Source of the DNA: a virus
Length of the DNA: 64,000 bases
Strand: one strand, 5' to 3'
IMG/VR virus record: IMGVR_UViG_3300042898_006838
Span: 1-64,000 of that record
Shown: in pieces, positions 43,823 through 53,431 of the stretch
Layout: each line of letters begins with the position of its first letter
Position numbering within the stretch: position 1 is the first letter of the stretch
Position numbers and translations under genes: made by a program
Notes under the pieces: generated by a model
Told to the model about the DNA's origin: nothing
Databases searched by the model: none
The model's input: only the letters and a program-made list of their open reading frames with translations

Positions 43823-46293
43823 GGTGCGACGTCCATCTGCGTGCGCACATGCCGCTCGACAAGTCCCCAGACGGTCATGGCCGTGCGCACGTAGGCGCTG
43901 GAGTCAGATTCGGTGACACCGGCTGACGACAGACGTCTGACTCGTCTGGCGTCTGAGAGCACGGCAGCCGCCGCCGGCGCATGCACCTGGTACGCGACTA
44001 CCCGGCCCGGGGTGTCGGCTCCGGCGTAGAGACGGCCGCGGCTCAGTGTCGTACCAGACTCCAGGGCCACGGCGTTGACTGAACCGGCTCCTGTCAGCCC
44101 GAGTTGAGCCTGGGTGAACTCGACCTTGTCCGCTGTCGAGACGTTCAACAGCGCCACGTGGCCGGCTGTTGCCACTGCCAGAACATCGCCATCCAGAACC
44201 AGGTCCCTGACATCTGAGGCCTGAAGAGCCGGAACCGTGCCGTCGTCGGCGAAGAATTCTGAGGCCTGCAGGGCCAGGAAGCGACGCCAGTCCCAGACCT
44301 CGACGCTGCCGATGCCGGTGTCGTTGTAGGCCACAGCCAGGCGCCGGTCACTGAGTTCGACCCGGAACCCGGCGACGGGGATCGTTCGACTGACAACGGG
44401 GCCGGGAAGCCCGACCTCGTCAACGTCATGAGCCATGGTCACGACGCTCGTGCCCGTCAGCGCCAGGAGCCACTGCCTACTCCAGGCCCTGAAGGACATG
44501 GACGAGTAGGGGCCTGGCGCCAGGGCGTAATCGGCGTCGGGGATGTCACCTGCCTGGTTCATGTCTCGTGAGGTGATGTCTCCAGACCCGTCTTCCAGTC
44601 CCACTGTCGACAGACGACGAGATGTGTCGCTCACGAAGTCGATGGTGATGACCTCGCTGTCGCTGGCGACAGAGAACACGGCGTCGGGACCACCATCTCC
44701 GTCCAGCAGCGGCCTGGCGCTGTTGCCGGCCATGGACCAACCGCTTACGGCCTGCGTACAGCTCATCCACGGCGTGGTCGCCAGTGGCTGCAAGATCAGC
44801 CAGCCCCCTGGATAGGTCACGAACGTGCCGCTGACCGGAAAAGATCCGAGCTCCGTGAACCAGCTGGCGACGTCCGACGTCCGCGACCCGTTGTCGTAGC
44901 GCCAGCCGTCGGCGGCGAAGCCCGTGTGCCCGAGGGCCACGGGGTCGGCAAAGCTCTGGCCCTGGAAGTCGAAGGACAGGGCGTTGACGACGTCATCTGA
45001 CAGCAACTGTCCGCCGGCGACGTCGGCCGCCGCCGCCTCGACGCCGGAGCCAAACTGCACGCTCCAGACCCGGCGCTCACCGGCTCGTGCCGAGAGATCG
45101 GAGGCCCGGACGTCGACATGCACCAGCCGCCTGTCGGCGTAGGCGACGCTGTTCTTCAACACCACGTCAAAGCCGCCGGTGACGGGCGTGAGCGTGGACG
45201 CGGCATACGTTCCGACTCCGACGCCGGCGGTCACGGCTGGAGCGCCGTCGACGAGGACGGTGACGGATGCCAGGGTCACGTCGTGGACGCTGGTGACCGT
45301 GAAGGCCAGGTCGCTGGTCGGCGATGACAGGCGCGGGACGCCGCGGGACCCAGGGGCGGGTGAGATCAGGGACACGATCGGGCCCTCGGCCTGACCGACG
45401 TCGAAGTGGTAACGGGTGACGCCAGGGTTGCCTCGGGCGTCGGCGGCGCGGACCACGACCTCGACACGGGTTCCGACGGCGTAGGCGCTGGGCACGGTCA
45501 TGACCGTCGTGGCTCTGCCGCTGACCACGGACGTCACCGGCAGCCAGCCGCTGACGCCGGCGTCTCGACCGTTGACCACGATCTGCTGACCCTGGACCCA
45601 GATGTCCAGGCCCCAGTCCCTGAAGACGTTGACCGTCGCCGACGGGTTGAGGATCTGGGAGCCGTCGTAGGTCGCCAGGTTCGGACCCTGGACGCTGACG
45701 ATGGTCCTGAAGACTCCGGGGACGACCTCCAGGACCCGGCCCTCACAGCCCCTGAAGCTCAGGCCCGGGTTCAGGGACGGGTTGAACCAGACCTGGTTGG
45801 CGGGTGACCCGGGACCCAGCGGCAGGTTCGGGGCGTACTGCAGGTTCGCGGACACGATCGTGAAATCGACTGTCTCCGTGACCTCGTCGCTGACCACGAC
45901 CGTCAACGACGCCGGGCTGGCCGCGGCTCGCGAAAACGGCGCTGGCACAGTCAGTGTCGGCACGACGACCGGGCACTGACGATCTGCGATCTCGAATGTC
46001 CAGGACTCGTCGAGGGCGCCGGTGACGACCCGCAGGTGGCAGGTATCTCCGGCCGCCAGCGGCTCCACAGGACGTATTACGACGTCAAAACCGCTGCCAC
46101 CGTCAGCAGATATTTCCGTATCCATGGCCTGGCTCTCTGAACCAGAGACCACCAGGCGGCCGTTGAAGTAGACGCTGAGACCGTAGACTGGCGTCGTCGG
46201 GTCGTCGCTGGTCACCGACAGCGTCACGATCTGCCTGGGGCTGACGCCAGAGGCCAGGGGCTGCGGATCTCTCTTGCTCACGGCCAGTGTCAC
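43819..46293 (-). CDS. Multi Ig-like domain virion protein with propeller-like C-terminus
   Basis: 824 aa; repeated P..GV..VLVDG..GFDVV..V Ig-like units; GTGA overlaps. Confidence 0.65.
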   Translation of the reverse strand: MTLAVSKRDPQPLASGVSPRQIVTLSVTSDDPTTPVYGLSVYFNGRLVVSGSESQAMDTEISADGGSGFDVVIRPVEPLAAGDTCHLRVVTGALDESWTFEIADRQCPVVVPTLTVPAPFSRAAASPASLTVVVSDEVTETVDFTIVSANLQYAPNLPLGPGSPANQVWFNPSLNPGLSFRGCEGRVLEVVPGVFRTIVSVQGPNLATYDGSQILNPSATVNVFRDWGLDIWVQGQQIVVNGRDAGVSGWLPVTSVVSGRATTVMTVPSAYAVGTRVEVVVRAADARGNPGVTRYHFDVGQAEGPIVSLISPAPGSRGVPRLSSPTSDLAFTVTSVHDVTLASVTVLVDGAPAVTAGVGVGTYAASTLTPVTGGFDVVLKNSVAYADRRLVHVDVRASDLSARAGERRVWSVQFGSGVEAAAADVAGGQLLSDDVVNALSFDFQGQSFADPVALGHTGFAADGWRYDNGSRTSDVASWFTELGSFPVSGTFVTYPGGWLILQPLATTPWMSCTQAVSGWSMAGNSARPLLDGDGGPDAVFSVASDSEVITIDFVSDTSRRLSTVGLEDGSGDITSRDMNQAGDIPDADYALAPGPYSSMSFRAWSRQWLLALTGTSVVTMAHDVDEVGLPGPVVSRTIPVAGFRVELSDRRLAVAYNDTGIGSVEVWDWRRFLALQASEFFADDGTVPALQASDVRDLVLDGDVLAVATAGHVALLNVSTADKVEFTQAQLGLTGAGSVNAVALESGTTLSRGRLYAGADTPGRVVAYQVHAPAAAAVLSDARRVRRLSSAGVTESDSSAYVRTAMTVWGLVERHVRTQMDVAP

Positions 46294-47897
46294 AACGGAT
46301 ACCCTTCGGTTACGACCGCAAAGTTCACGCGCGAAGCGCGCGATATATCGGCGTCGCTGATGGCGACGTTGTACCCTTCCTTCAATAGCTTTATGAACGT
46401 GAGTTTTAAGTCAACGTCGGACACTCCAATGTCAAAACTTTCGTCGACGACGATGTCTTTACTCTCTCCTGAACCAATGCCTCGCGCCCTGCTTGTTCTC
46501 AACTGTCCTGAGTTGGGACTGGCTGACGTCGAGATCCAGACTGATATGCTTGCAATGTATCCGCTGTCAGTGGTGTCAATGTATCCCTCAACGAGCACCT
46601 GGATGAGAGATACCTTATTAAGTTTATCGGGAGATGAGAACTTGGCTTTGCCTACGACAGTCGCTTCCTGCGTCTTGACCTTGGCGTCGGCCTGGTCCTG
46701 TGTCTTGGCGACAGCGGGCACCTCACCCGCAGCGCTGGCGGCGGCGGCGTCTGCGTCCTGGCTCTTGGCTTCCGCGGCCGCGATCTTGTCGTCGGCGGCT
46801 TTGACGGCAGCGGCGGCGGCATCGGCTGCAGCCTGATCTCCGGCAGCCAGAGCGGCGGCCTGAGCTCGTGACGCAACTGCTTTTTCTTCCTCGCCTGCAG
46901 CTTTGTCGAAGCTGGCTTCCAGGCTGGCGTCGATGGCGTCGACAGCCTGCTTCTCCAGGCTTGCGGCCTTCTTCTGTGCCGGGAGCTGCTCGTCGGTCTT
47001 GGTCTTCTCGGCCTCGTTGGCCACCTGCCTGGCACCCGGGCTCGGCGCCAGGATGTCCTCGACTTTGACCTTCTCCTGGTTCAGGCGCTTGCTGTTGGCG
47101 ACGAGGTCGCTGACGCTGCGTGGCGTCGACGTCGTGCCGTCAGGGTTTTTACGGTCAACTCCGCCGATGAACGCTCGCTCGGCCACGACCATGGTCAACG
47201 TCACGTTCACGGCCCCGGGGACCTGAGAGTTTCTGGCCGCGGTCATGGACAGCAGCGTCCCCTGCACGATCACGTCCTCGTAGAGGATGAAGGTCTTGGC
47301 CCGGAGTTCGATGCTCTTCGTGCCGCGGTAGTAGTCCTCGTAGTCCTGGAGTAGCTGCGTCGTGAAGTTCATGCCGTCGACGTCACGGCCGTTGAGGACG
47401 ATGCCCTGGAATGTCCAGATACGGGGGCGACGACCGAAGACGAATAGGACCTCGCTGGCGAAGGTCTCGTGCAGCTGGTAGCGCTCCTCGTCGGCCTCGG
47501 CGATGGCTTGCAGGCTGAACTTGTCGAAGGTCAGGTTCGGCACGTACTCGCTGCGGACGCTGCTCTTCCGACTCGGCTCGACCTTGATGATCATCTTCGC
47601 GCCGACCTTGAAGGCTCCGCTGGTGACCAGGTCCGCGGTCGGGATCTCCTGCCTCGTCCGGCTCTTGTTCTTCTCCTCGTTAGCGGTCGTGGCCGCCTCC
47701 TGCAGGCCGGTGACAACGCGTTGACTGTCGTCGCTGAACAGGTCCAGGAAGGAAGGAAGATAGCTGATGGCCACGGTCTGCGTCGGCACCTTCTCGATGA
47801 CCTCGGTAAAGCGCAGTTGGTTCATGACCGACGACAGAGCCAGGCTCACGATCGTGGGCTGGTCAGCTTTTGCCGAGACTTCACTATTCTTCGCCAT
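46290..47897 (-). CDS. Putative tail tube initiator-like protein
   Basis: 535 aa directly after the tape measure gene; ERYQLHETF..FVFGRRPRIWTFQG..QGTLLSM tube-fold-like domain plus Ala/Lys-rich linker. Confidence 0.5.
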   Translation of the reverse strand: MAKNSEVSAKADQPTIVSLALSSVMNQLRFTEVIEKVPTQTVAISYLPSFLDLFSDDSQRVVTGLQEAATTANEEKNKSRTRQEIPTADLVTSGAFKVGAKMIIKVEPSRKSSVRSEYVPNLTFDKFSLQAIAEADEERYQLHETFASEVLFVFGRRPRIWTFQGIVLNGRDVDGMNFTTQLLQDYEDYYRGTKSIELRAKTFILYEDVIVQGTLLSMTAARNSQVPGAVNVTLTMVVAERAFIGGVDRKNPDGTTSTPRSVSDLVANSKRLNQEKVKVEDILAPSPGARQVANEAEKTKTDEQLPAQKKAASLEKQAVDAIDASLEASFDKAAGEEEKAVASRAQAAALAAGDQAAADAAAAAVKAADDKIAAAEAKSQDADAAAASAAGEVPAVAKTQDQADAKVKTQEATVVGKAKFSSPDKLNKVSLIQVLVEGYIDTTDSGYIASISVWISTSASPNSGQLRTSRARGIGSGESKDIVVDESFDIGVSDVDLKLTFIKLLKEGYNVAISDADISRASRVNFAVVTEGYPL

Positions 47898-50800
47898 CAG
47901 CTGAACCAGCCTCTCTGCTTCTCTTGCAGCTTCTGGACGACGTCGGCCAGTGCCAATGAGGACTTGGCGATACTTTCCATTTGCGTGGCCAGTTCGGATG
48001 CCGATTTGGACTCAGACGTCGTCAGCATGCCGCCGTTCTTGCTCATCGTCACACGGCCGCCAATGCCCTCGCCCATGAGTCCAGAGAGCCGAGCCGAGCC
48101 GAGCTCTTCAGCCGTCAGCCCGCCTTCCATCAGCTTCTTGGCCTCGTCCTTGCCGACGAGAGCCTCAAGGCCCTTGCCACTGGAGTCGGCATCGAGAGCC
48201 TTCATGATCGTTTCGCTGACACCCTTGGCCTTCAGAGCCGCGCGCTGCTCCTTGCTCAAGCTGATGTTGCCGAGACCGGCGAGGGTATCGGCTCCGACAT
48301 CGCCTTTGGCCAGGGCTCCGAGGGCCAACATCCCCTTGCCGTCGACGCCGCTGCCGGCGAGGACGCGCTCCAGGTCACTGCCGGCGACCATCGCCCGAGA
48401 AGATATGGCTTTGTCGCCTTCGAACCGGCCAACGGTATCAAGGCTCCCCTTGATCCCCTTCAGGCCAGAAACTCCAAGCTCCTTCCACAGATCCGCGGCT
48501 CCGCCCGTCAACTTCTCGGCCTGAGCGTTGATCTCGCTGGTAGTACCGCTGTCGAGCATGCCCAGGAGCTTCTTCATGTCTTCGCTGCCAGCCGCTGCCG
48601 CTATGTCATCTTTAGTAAGCGTCTTACCGGCGAAGAATAAGTTGTCTTTACCTGTGACACCTTGAGCAGCTAGTACATCGTTTATGTCAGAGACAGCCTT
48701 GTCGTTGGACGCACTGTCTTCAGCTGTTGGTTTAAATTTTCGTCCGGGACTGCCAAGAAGGATGCTGGGGATATTGATCCCGTAGTCCTTGCCGATTTTC
48801 TCCTCCAAAGCCTTGGCTACAGTTGGGCTCTTGGACAGGATACCGTCGTACTGGCCTCTGGTGGCCAGGTTCATGTACTCGCGCATGAGCTGACGCTTAC
48901 GCTCTGGGTCGGTAGCAGCCTTCAACTCCTCCATCTTGGCACTGGCCACGGCGCCAGATCCTCCGGAGCTTCCGATCTCACTATCCTTGAGGATTTTATC
49001 AGCGGCCAGGCGATGCTTCTGCTCGACCTTCTTGCCGTCGTTGTTCTTTATAAATGATCGGTACCTATTACGTTCACGTCGACTTTCGTTCTCATCGGTC
49101 ACGTCTGATTGGTTGCTCATCTTACCGACTTGACCGAGACGGTCGCCTAGCATTGTCTCGTCTTCCGTTTGCCCGAGTCCCTTGCCGCCACCTGAGACAC
49201 GCAAGATATCTGTGGCGTTGACTTTTCCTCCCATGTTCATGTCTTCGAGACCGTAGTAGCTGTTTCTGAGTCCACGCATGACGTTGCTGGCGCTGTTGGA
49301 CCATGAAGCCCCTGTGTAAGCCATGCCCTCAGCTGCTCCGGAGAATGCGCTTTGAACGTCGCGGCCAATCTTCGGCATGATCGCTGCCTGCTCCAGCGTC
49401 CGGCTCGTGATCTGGTTGCCGAGCTCACGCGCCTGGCTCCGCTGCTGGCCGCGGAGCGCCGTTGGCGACTCCTCGATCTGGCGCATGAGGCCTTCGAGCT
49501 GGGCGCCGCTGGCCCCGGTCTGCTGGCCTAGGAGGTTCATGAACAGCGTGCGCTTGTTGACGCCGGACCCTCGGCCCAGGCTCTCGGTCTGGCTCATGAT
49601 CTGCTGGGCCATGGCTGACAGCATAGCCGGCTGGTCCTTGAGCATCTTCGCCTGCAGCTCCTGCGGCCGCGTCGTCATCTCCAACAACATCTCAGGCGTG
49701 GCGTTGGCGCTCGCCCGACCCAGGGCCCCGGTAGTGCTGCGGCCGACGCCGGACATGCTGAAGCCGCCTCCACGCTGGTAGCCGGCGCCCATCATCGCCA
49801 TGGCCGTGCCGCTCTGCATGAAGTTGCCCATGGCGTTGCCCAGCGCGTCCTGGGCGCCTTCTCGTCCGCCGAGAGCCGCGACGTCACGAGCTCGCAAGCG
49901 TCCGCTGCCAATGGCACCCTGGGCGATGTTGGCGCTCATGGCCCCGAGGCCAAAGCCTTCTGCTCCCAGTCCCATGCTCGCCATCTTGTTGGCCTGACGC
50001 ATGCTTGCCGCCGCGCCCTCTCCGCTGGTCAAGCCCCTGATCGACGAGCCGATGACGGCCATGCGCGCGGCCTGGGATGGGTCGATGCCCACGGCCTGCA
50101 TGTCGCTCATGTTCGCCAGCGTCTCGCGGACGGTGGTGCCCATGGTCCGACCCATTTCCTTCACCGTCTTCGTGAGCTCACGCATGCGTCTGGCGACGTC
50201 GGTAGCGTTTCCCGCCCCACGCATCAGGTCCTGCTGCACGGCTCCGCCAAAGATCTCCTGGATGTCGCGCTCACTGAACGTGGCGTCGTTGATGGCCAGC
50301 TTGTTCATCTCCGAGCCAAAACCCACGCGCTGACCACGTGTTGACTGGCCGCCGCCCTGGAAGCGGAACGCGTTCTTGCGGTACTGGTCGCCGAACTGGT
50401 TGATGACACCCGACTGCCTGACGGTCTCGCCGATGGACATGGTCACCGGAGCCAACAGCGCCTGACCGGCGATGCCGCCAACCAGTCCCGCGGCCATGCC
50501 GCCGCGCGCGAGTCCCATCGCTGGGCCCAACACTGAGCTGCCAAAGGCGTCGCCGGCGATTGCCGTCAGTACCGAGGCACCGCCTGCCCCGGCTGCGGTC
50601 ATGGTGTTGCCGAAGCCTGTGGCTGCACGCTCCACACCCGCTTCCATGACCCGGCCGCCGTGCATCTGCCGCATCATCCCCGGAGTGACGCCCATGCCCA
50701 TGCCCACAGCCGCCGAGCGGAACATGCCGGCGTTGGGGTCGAGCTCGGCGCCGTAGCTCGTGCGCCTGACGCCCGTGCCCATGAACGGGCTGACGGCCCC

Positions 50801-51259
50801 AGCCCCGGCCCGGCCGAAGAAGGATCCGAAGCTGTTGGCCGCGCCCAGGCCGGCCATGCCGCCGCCGAAGGCCGCTCCGGCCATGGCCCCAATGGGAACC
50901 TGCGGCATGGCAAAGCCGCCGTACCCGCCGCCGTAGGACGGGGGTGGCTGGAGGTTCATGGGCATGACCGGCGACGCCGCCATCTGCATGCCGCCACCGA
51001 GCCTGGAGATCGAGGAGTTGAGGCTGTTGAGCTGCGTGGCCAGCATGTTCATCTGCACAGACAGGCCGCCGACGGCCTGCTGAGTCTGGCTGGCCAGCAT
51101 GTTCACGGCCATGGTCTGACCGGCGACGTTGCCCTGAACAGACTCCAGGCTCCGAGCGGCACGAGACAGGTCAGCCGAGCCCAGATTCACTGAGCTCGGC
51201 GCCTGTCGATCCTGATTCAGAAGGCCTGAAAGTCCGATTGCTGGGTCAGCGGCTGGCAC
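47897..51259 (-). CDS. Tail tape measure protein
   Basis: 1120 aa, G/A/M-rich and helical; immediately downstream of the frameshifting chaperone pair. Confidence 0.8.
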   Translation of the reverse strand: MPAADPAIGLSGLLNQDRQAPSSVNLGSADLSRAARSLESVQGNVAGQTMAVNMLASQTQQAVGGLSVQMNMLATQLNSLNSSISRLGGGMQMAASPVMPMNLQPPPSYGGGYGGFAMPQVPIGAMAGAAFGGGMAGLGAANSFGSFFGRAGAGAVSPFMGTGVRRTSYGAELDPNAGMFRSAAVGMGMGVTPGMMRQMHGGRVMEAGVERAATGFGNTMTAAGAGGASVLTAIAGDAFGSSVLGPAMGLARGGMAAGLVGGIAGQALLAPVTMSIGETVRQSGVINQFGDQYRKNAFRFQGGGQSTRGQRVGFGSEMNKLAINDATFSERDIQEIFGGAVQQDLMRGAGNATDVARRMRELTKTVKEMGRTMGTTVRETLANMSDMQAVGIDPSQAARMAVIGSSIRGLTSGEGAAASMRQANKMASMGLGAEGFGLGAMSANIAQGAIGSGRLRARDVAALGGREGAQDALGNAMGNFMQSGTAMAMMGAGYQRGGGFSMSGVGRSTTGALGRASANATPEMLLEMTTRPQELQAKMLKDQPAMLSAMAQQIMSQTESLGRGSGVNKRTLFMNLLGQQTGASGAQLEGLMRQIEESPTALRGQQRSQARELGNQITSRTLEQAAIMPKIGRDVQSAFSGAAEGMAYTGASWSNSASNVMRGLRNSYYGLEDMNMGGKVNATDILRVSGGGKGLGQTEDETMLGDRLGQVGKMSNQSDVTDENESRRERNRYRSFIKNNDGKKVEQKHRLAADKILKDSEIGSSGGSGAVASAKMEELKAATDPERKRQLMREYMNLATRGQYDGILSKSPTVAKALEEKIGKDYGINIPSILLGSPGRKFKPTAEDSASNDKAVSDINDVLAAQGVTGKDNLFFAGKTLTKDDIAAAAGSEDMKKLLGMLDSGTTSEINAQAEKLTGGAADLWKELGVSGLKGIKGSLDTVGRFEGDKAISSRAMVAGSDLERVLAGSGVDGKGMLALGALAKGDVGADTLAGLGNISLSKEQRAALKAKGVSETIMKALDADSSGKGLEALVGKDEAKKLMEGGLTAEELGSARLSGLMGEGIGGRVTMSKNGGMLTTSESKSASELATQMESIAKSSLALADVVQKLQEKQRGWFS

Positions 51260-51590
51260 GTTTATCTCCCAGGTAGACTCTCCGGACTCTATACGACTTC
51301 GCGCCCTCTGACTTCAGGATCTGCTTCATCTCCTCTTTGGTCTTCTCCTCGGCCTTCCCATCGCCGGGAAACATCAGTTCCCGCAGCTTTTGCAGCTGCT
51401 TGACAACTGTCTCCGAGTTCTCGTGCCTCATGCACGCCACGGCCATGACGGCTACTTTCTGAAACTCGACCGCCATCCGCCGGTAGAAGACGCGGGACAT
51501 GCGCGCCTCGTGCAGAGGGCCCTGAACCCGTACGCCGTCGTAGTACAGGTTCGCCTCCGCCCAGCCGGAAGGAGTCGTATTCAGTTTCCC
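51246..51590 (-). CDS. Tail assembly chaperone, -1 frameshift extension (gpT-like)
   Basis: The -1 frame from GGGAAAC is open (LNTTPSGWAEANLYYDGVRVQGPLHEAR) and joins the ORF MSRVFYRR... ending at 51246. Confidence 0.8.
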   Translation of the reverse strand, partial: GKLNTTPSGWAEANLYYDGVRVQGPLHEARMSRVFYRRMAVEFQKVAVMAVACMRHENSETVVKQLQKLRELMFPGDGKAEEKTKEEMKQILKSEGAKSYRVRRVYLGDKRASR

Positions 51591-52189
51591 AGGACGTCGC
51601 CCGCCTTCTCGTCGTTGGCGACGGCGTCGACGGTGGTCTGCAACACCTGGTAGAACTCGATCAGACGCTGGACGATGGCTACAGGCAGGGCGCCCAGTGC
51701 CGCGTAGCGACGGCTCCTGACCTCGGACATCGACTCGGCCGCCAACTTCGGGTCAGTGCGCACGAGCTCGTGGTAGTCCTCGGGCATGGTTACGCCGCCG
51801 AAGTCCATGCCATTCATCGTCGTCAGAGAGTGCGTGAGCAGCAGCAGGTTCAGTTCGTTGCTGACACGCAGGTTGTTGGGGTCCTCGTCGCGCATGAACT
51901 TGTCCAGCTGCTTCTGGCTGTCCAGTGCCTGCGCCTCGTTGAGGCTGCGCATGCGGATACTCATGCCTGCCGAGATCCTGATCTCGTCGGTGACGTAGAA
52001 GAACGGAGCCGTGGTCAGCGCGGTCATGATCTCCAGTTCCTTGCCCGTGAGCAGCTTGGACATGACCTCACGCGCCTTGCGAGTCGATCTCTTCAGCCAG
52101 ATCTGCTGCGCCTGTCGAAGCTGTCCGTCGCTGAGCTTCTCCAGATCCTCTGTCGTCACGGCCCTTGGTGTCGTCGCTTCTTCCGCCAT
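51581..52189 (-). CDS. Tail assembly chaperone (gpG-like)
   Basis: 202 aa, AGGAGG RBS, ends in the slippery site, upstream of the tape measure gene. Confidence 0.8.
   Translation of the reverse strand: MAEEATTPRAVTTEDLEKLSDGQLRQAQQIWLKRSTRKAREVMSKLLTGKELEIMTALTTAPFFYVTDEIRISAGMSIRMRSLNEAQALDSQKQLDKFMRDEDPNNLRVSNELNLLLLTHSLTTMNGMDFGGVTMPEDYHELVRTDPKLAAESMSEVRSRRYAALGALPVAIVQRLIEFYQVLQTTVDAVANDEKAGDVLGN
51584..51590 (-). other. Programmed -1 ribosomal frameshift slippery site G GGA AAC
   Basis: X XXY YYZ heptamer in the correct phase, directly before the TGA of the chaperone gene. Confidence 0.85.
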
Positions 52190-52203
52190 CTTGCACCTCC
52201 TGT

Positions 52204-52231
52204 AAAAAAAACCGAGGCACGAGCCCTCGGT
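52204..52231 (-). terminator. Rho-independent terminator
   Basis: Minus strand ACCGAGG-GCTCGTG-CCTCGGT followed by 7 T. Confidence 0.75.
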
Positions 52232-52255
52232 CCACCGTCTCCGGTGGCCACGTCT

Positions 52256-52561
52256 TCAGAACCCGTTGGGAATGGTCATGAGCCGGAAGCGCGTGCGCTC
52301 GTAGGCGACGCTTTCGTCAGCTTTGACCACGAGACGGTGCTCGGGCTTCGACGTCGCCTGCTCGTAGCGGTACCGGCGGACGCAGCTCCCGGCTCGGTAC
52401 TCGAAGACGTCGACGAAGCTGACTTCATTGACCACAAGCTTTTCATCGGATCGGCAGGTGGCCTGGGCGATGTAGCCGTCGACGGCACTGTTGTTGGTGA
52501 CGACGTCAAAGACGTCAGGGGACACAAGTACGCCGTTGACGTAGATGAGGTAGTTGTTCAC
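52256..52561 (-). CDS. Hypothetical protein (101 aa)
   Basis: Start re-called to GTG 52561 (GTGA overlap, GGAG RBS): MNNYLIYVNGVLV... Confidence 0.6.
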   Translation of the reverse strand: MNNYLIYVNGVLVSPDVFDVVTNNSAVDGYIAQATCRSDEKLVVNEVSFVDVFEYRAGSCVRRYRYEQATSKPEHRLVVKADESVAYERTRFRLMTIPNGF

Positions 52562-52953
52562 GAAAAACTCCGCTGTTCGATGTACATGTTTCCGTCGCTT
52601 CCGAACGTGATCTTGGCCTTGGGATTGACCTCCGTGGCCGGCCAGAACTTCTCCCAATCCAGAGCCAGCTTGTAGACCACAACATCTCGACCATGGCTGC
52701 TCTTGCGCCTGGTCTTCTCGTAGCCGTGCTTCTCCAACACACCCCAGGTCTCCAGGCTCCTGAGTACGCCGCCAAACCACCGCTGGTCGCCAGCCACGTC
52801 CAGGCAGTCGCGGAGGTCGTCGACGCTGACATGCTGGTAGCGCATGGCGATGACGACGGCGGCAGCTCGCACCCCGTGCTTGCTGTCAGGCCTGGACCTG
52901 ACAACTGAGTCGATGATCTCTAGGAACTGTTCCGGGAATTTTTTATCTTGCAT
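52558..52953 (-). CDS. Putative winged-helix DNA-binding protein
   Basis: 131 aa; VSVDDLRDCL..WFGGVLRSLETWGVLEKHGY..VVVYKL helix-helix-wing pattern. Confidence 0.5.
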   Translation of the reverse strand: MQDKKFPEQFLEIIDSVVRSRPDSKHGVRAAAVVIAMRYQHVSVDDLRDCLDVAGDQRWFGGVLRSLETWGVLEKHGYEKTRRKSSHGRDVVVYKLALDWEKFWPATEVNPKAKITFGSDGNMYIEQRSFS

Positions 52954-53144
52954 AACTTATCGTTCTCCTTCTCCTGCGCCTTGGAGCGCTCGAAGGCCAC
53001 GATCACGTGGCCTGTGCATGAACCGCAGGCCTCCGTGTGCTGCCCGTGCAGCTGAAGGCAGGCAGTGTGGGTTATGTGACTCAAGGCCTTGCGTGGGCAC
53101 ACGACCATGCCCTGCCAGTACCTGATCTCGTCCGCGTCACTCAC
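52920..53144 (-). CDS. Small Cys/His-rich protein (possible Zn binding)
   Basis: 74 aa; CP..C..H..CGSC. Confidence 0.5.
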   Translation of the reverse strand: MSDADEIRYWQGMVVCPRKALSHITHTACLQLHGQHTEACGSCTGHVIVAFERSKAQEKENDKLCKIKNSRNSS

Positions 53145-53431
53145 GGACTTTTTACTGGAGCCGGGCCGGCGGCGGCGACGATGGCGGCCGTCGACAGTGA
53201 CGACGGGATGTTGGGCATCCGCGCTACGCGGTCAATCTGTTCGTCAGCCAGGCCCATAGCCTTGAGACGGTCTCGCTCTTCCTTTGCCTCCAGGAGCGCG
53301 TACACGGCCATTCCCGCCGACTCCTGGAGCTGATGCTGAACCTTCTGCAGTTCCGTCAGCGCCTGCTCGTATGTCTTGATCCAGTTCACGAGCCGGTGAA
53401 GGCTCAGGGCTTTTTTCTCTTCCTCGTTCAC
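53141..53431 (-). CDS. Coiled-coil hypothetical protein (96 aa)
   Basis: Start re-called to GTG 53431 after GGTGGAG; GTGA overlap with the downstream gene. Confidence 0.55.
   Translation of the reverse strand: MNEEEKKALSLHRLVNWIKTYEQALTELQKVQHQLQESAGMAVYALLEAKEERDRLKAMGLADEQIDRVARMPNIPSSLSTAAIVAAAGPAPVKSP

Noticed and set aside
18302-52189. Extracellular contractile injection system or tailocin
   Set aside because: A portal-like gene, RNAP, sigma factor and HU in the same window point to a complete phage.
41-52675. Many long plus-strand ORFs in the track (e.g. 1795-2712, 5439-6428, 39069-40382)
   Set aside because: They are antisense shadows of tightly packed minus-strand genes in GC-rich DNA; Arg/His/Gly-rich with no motifs.
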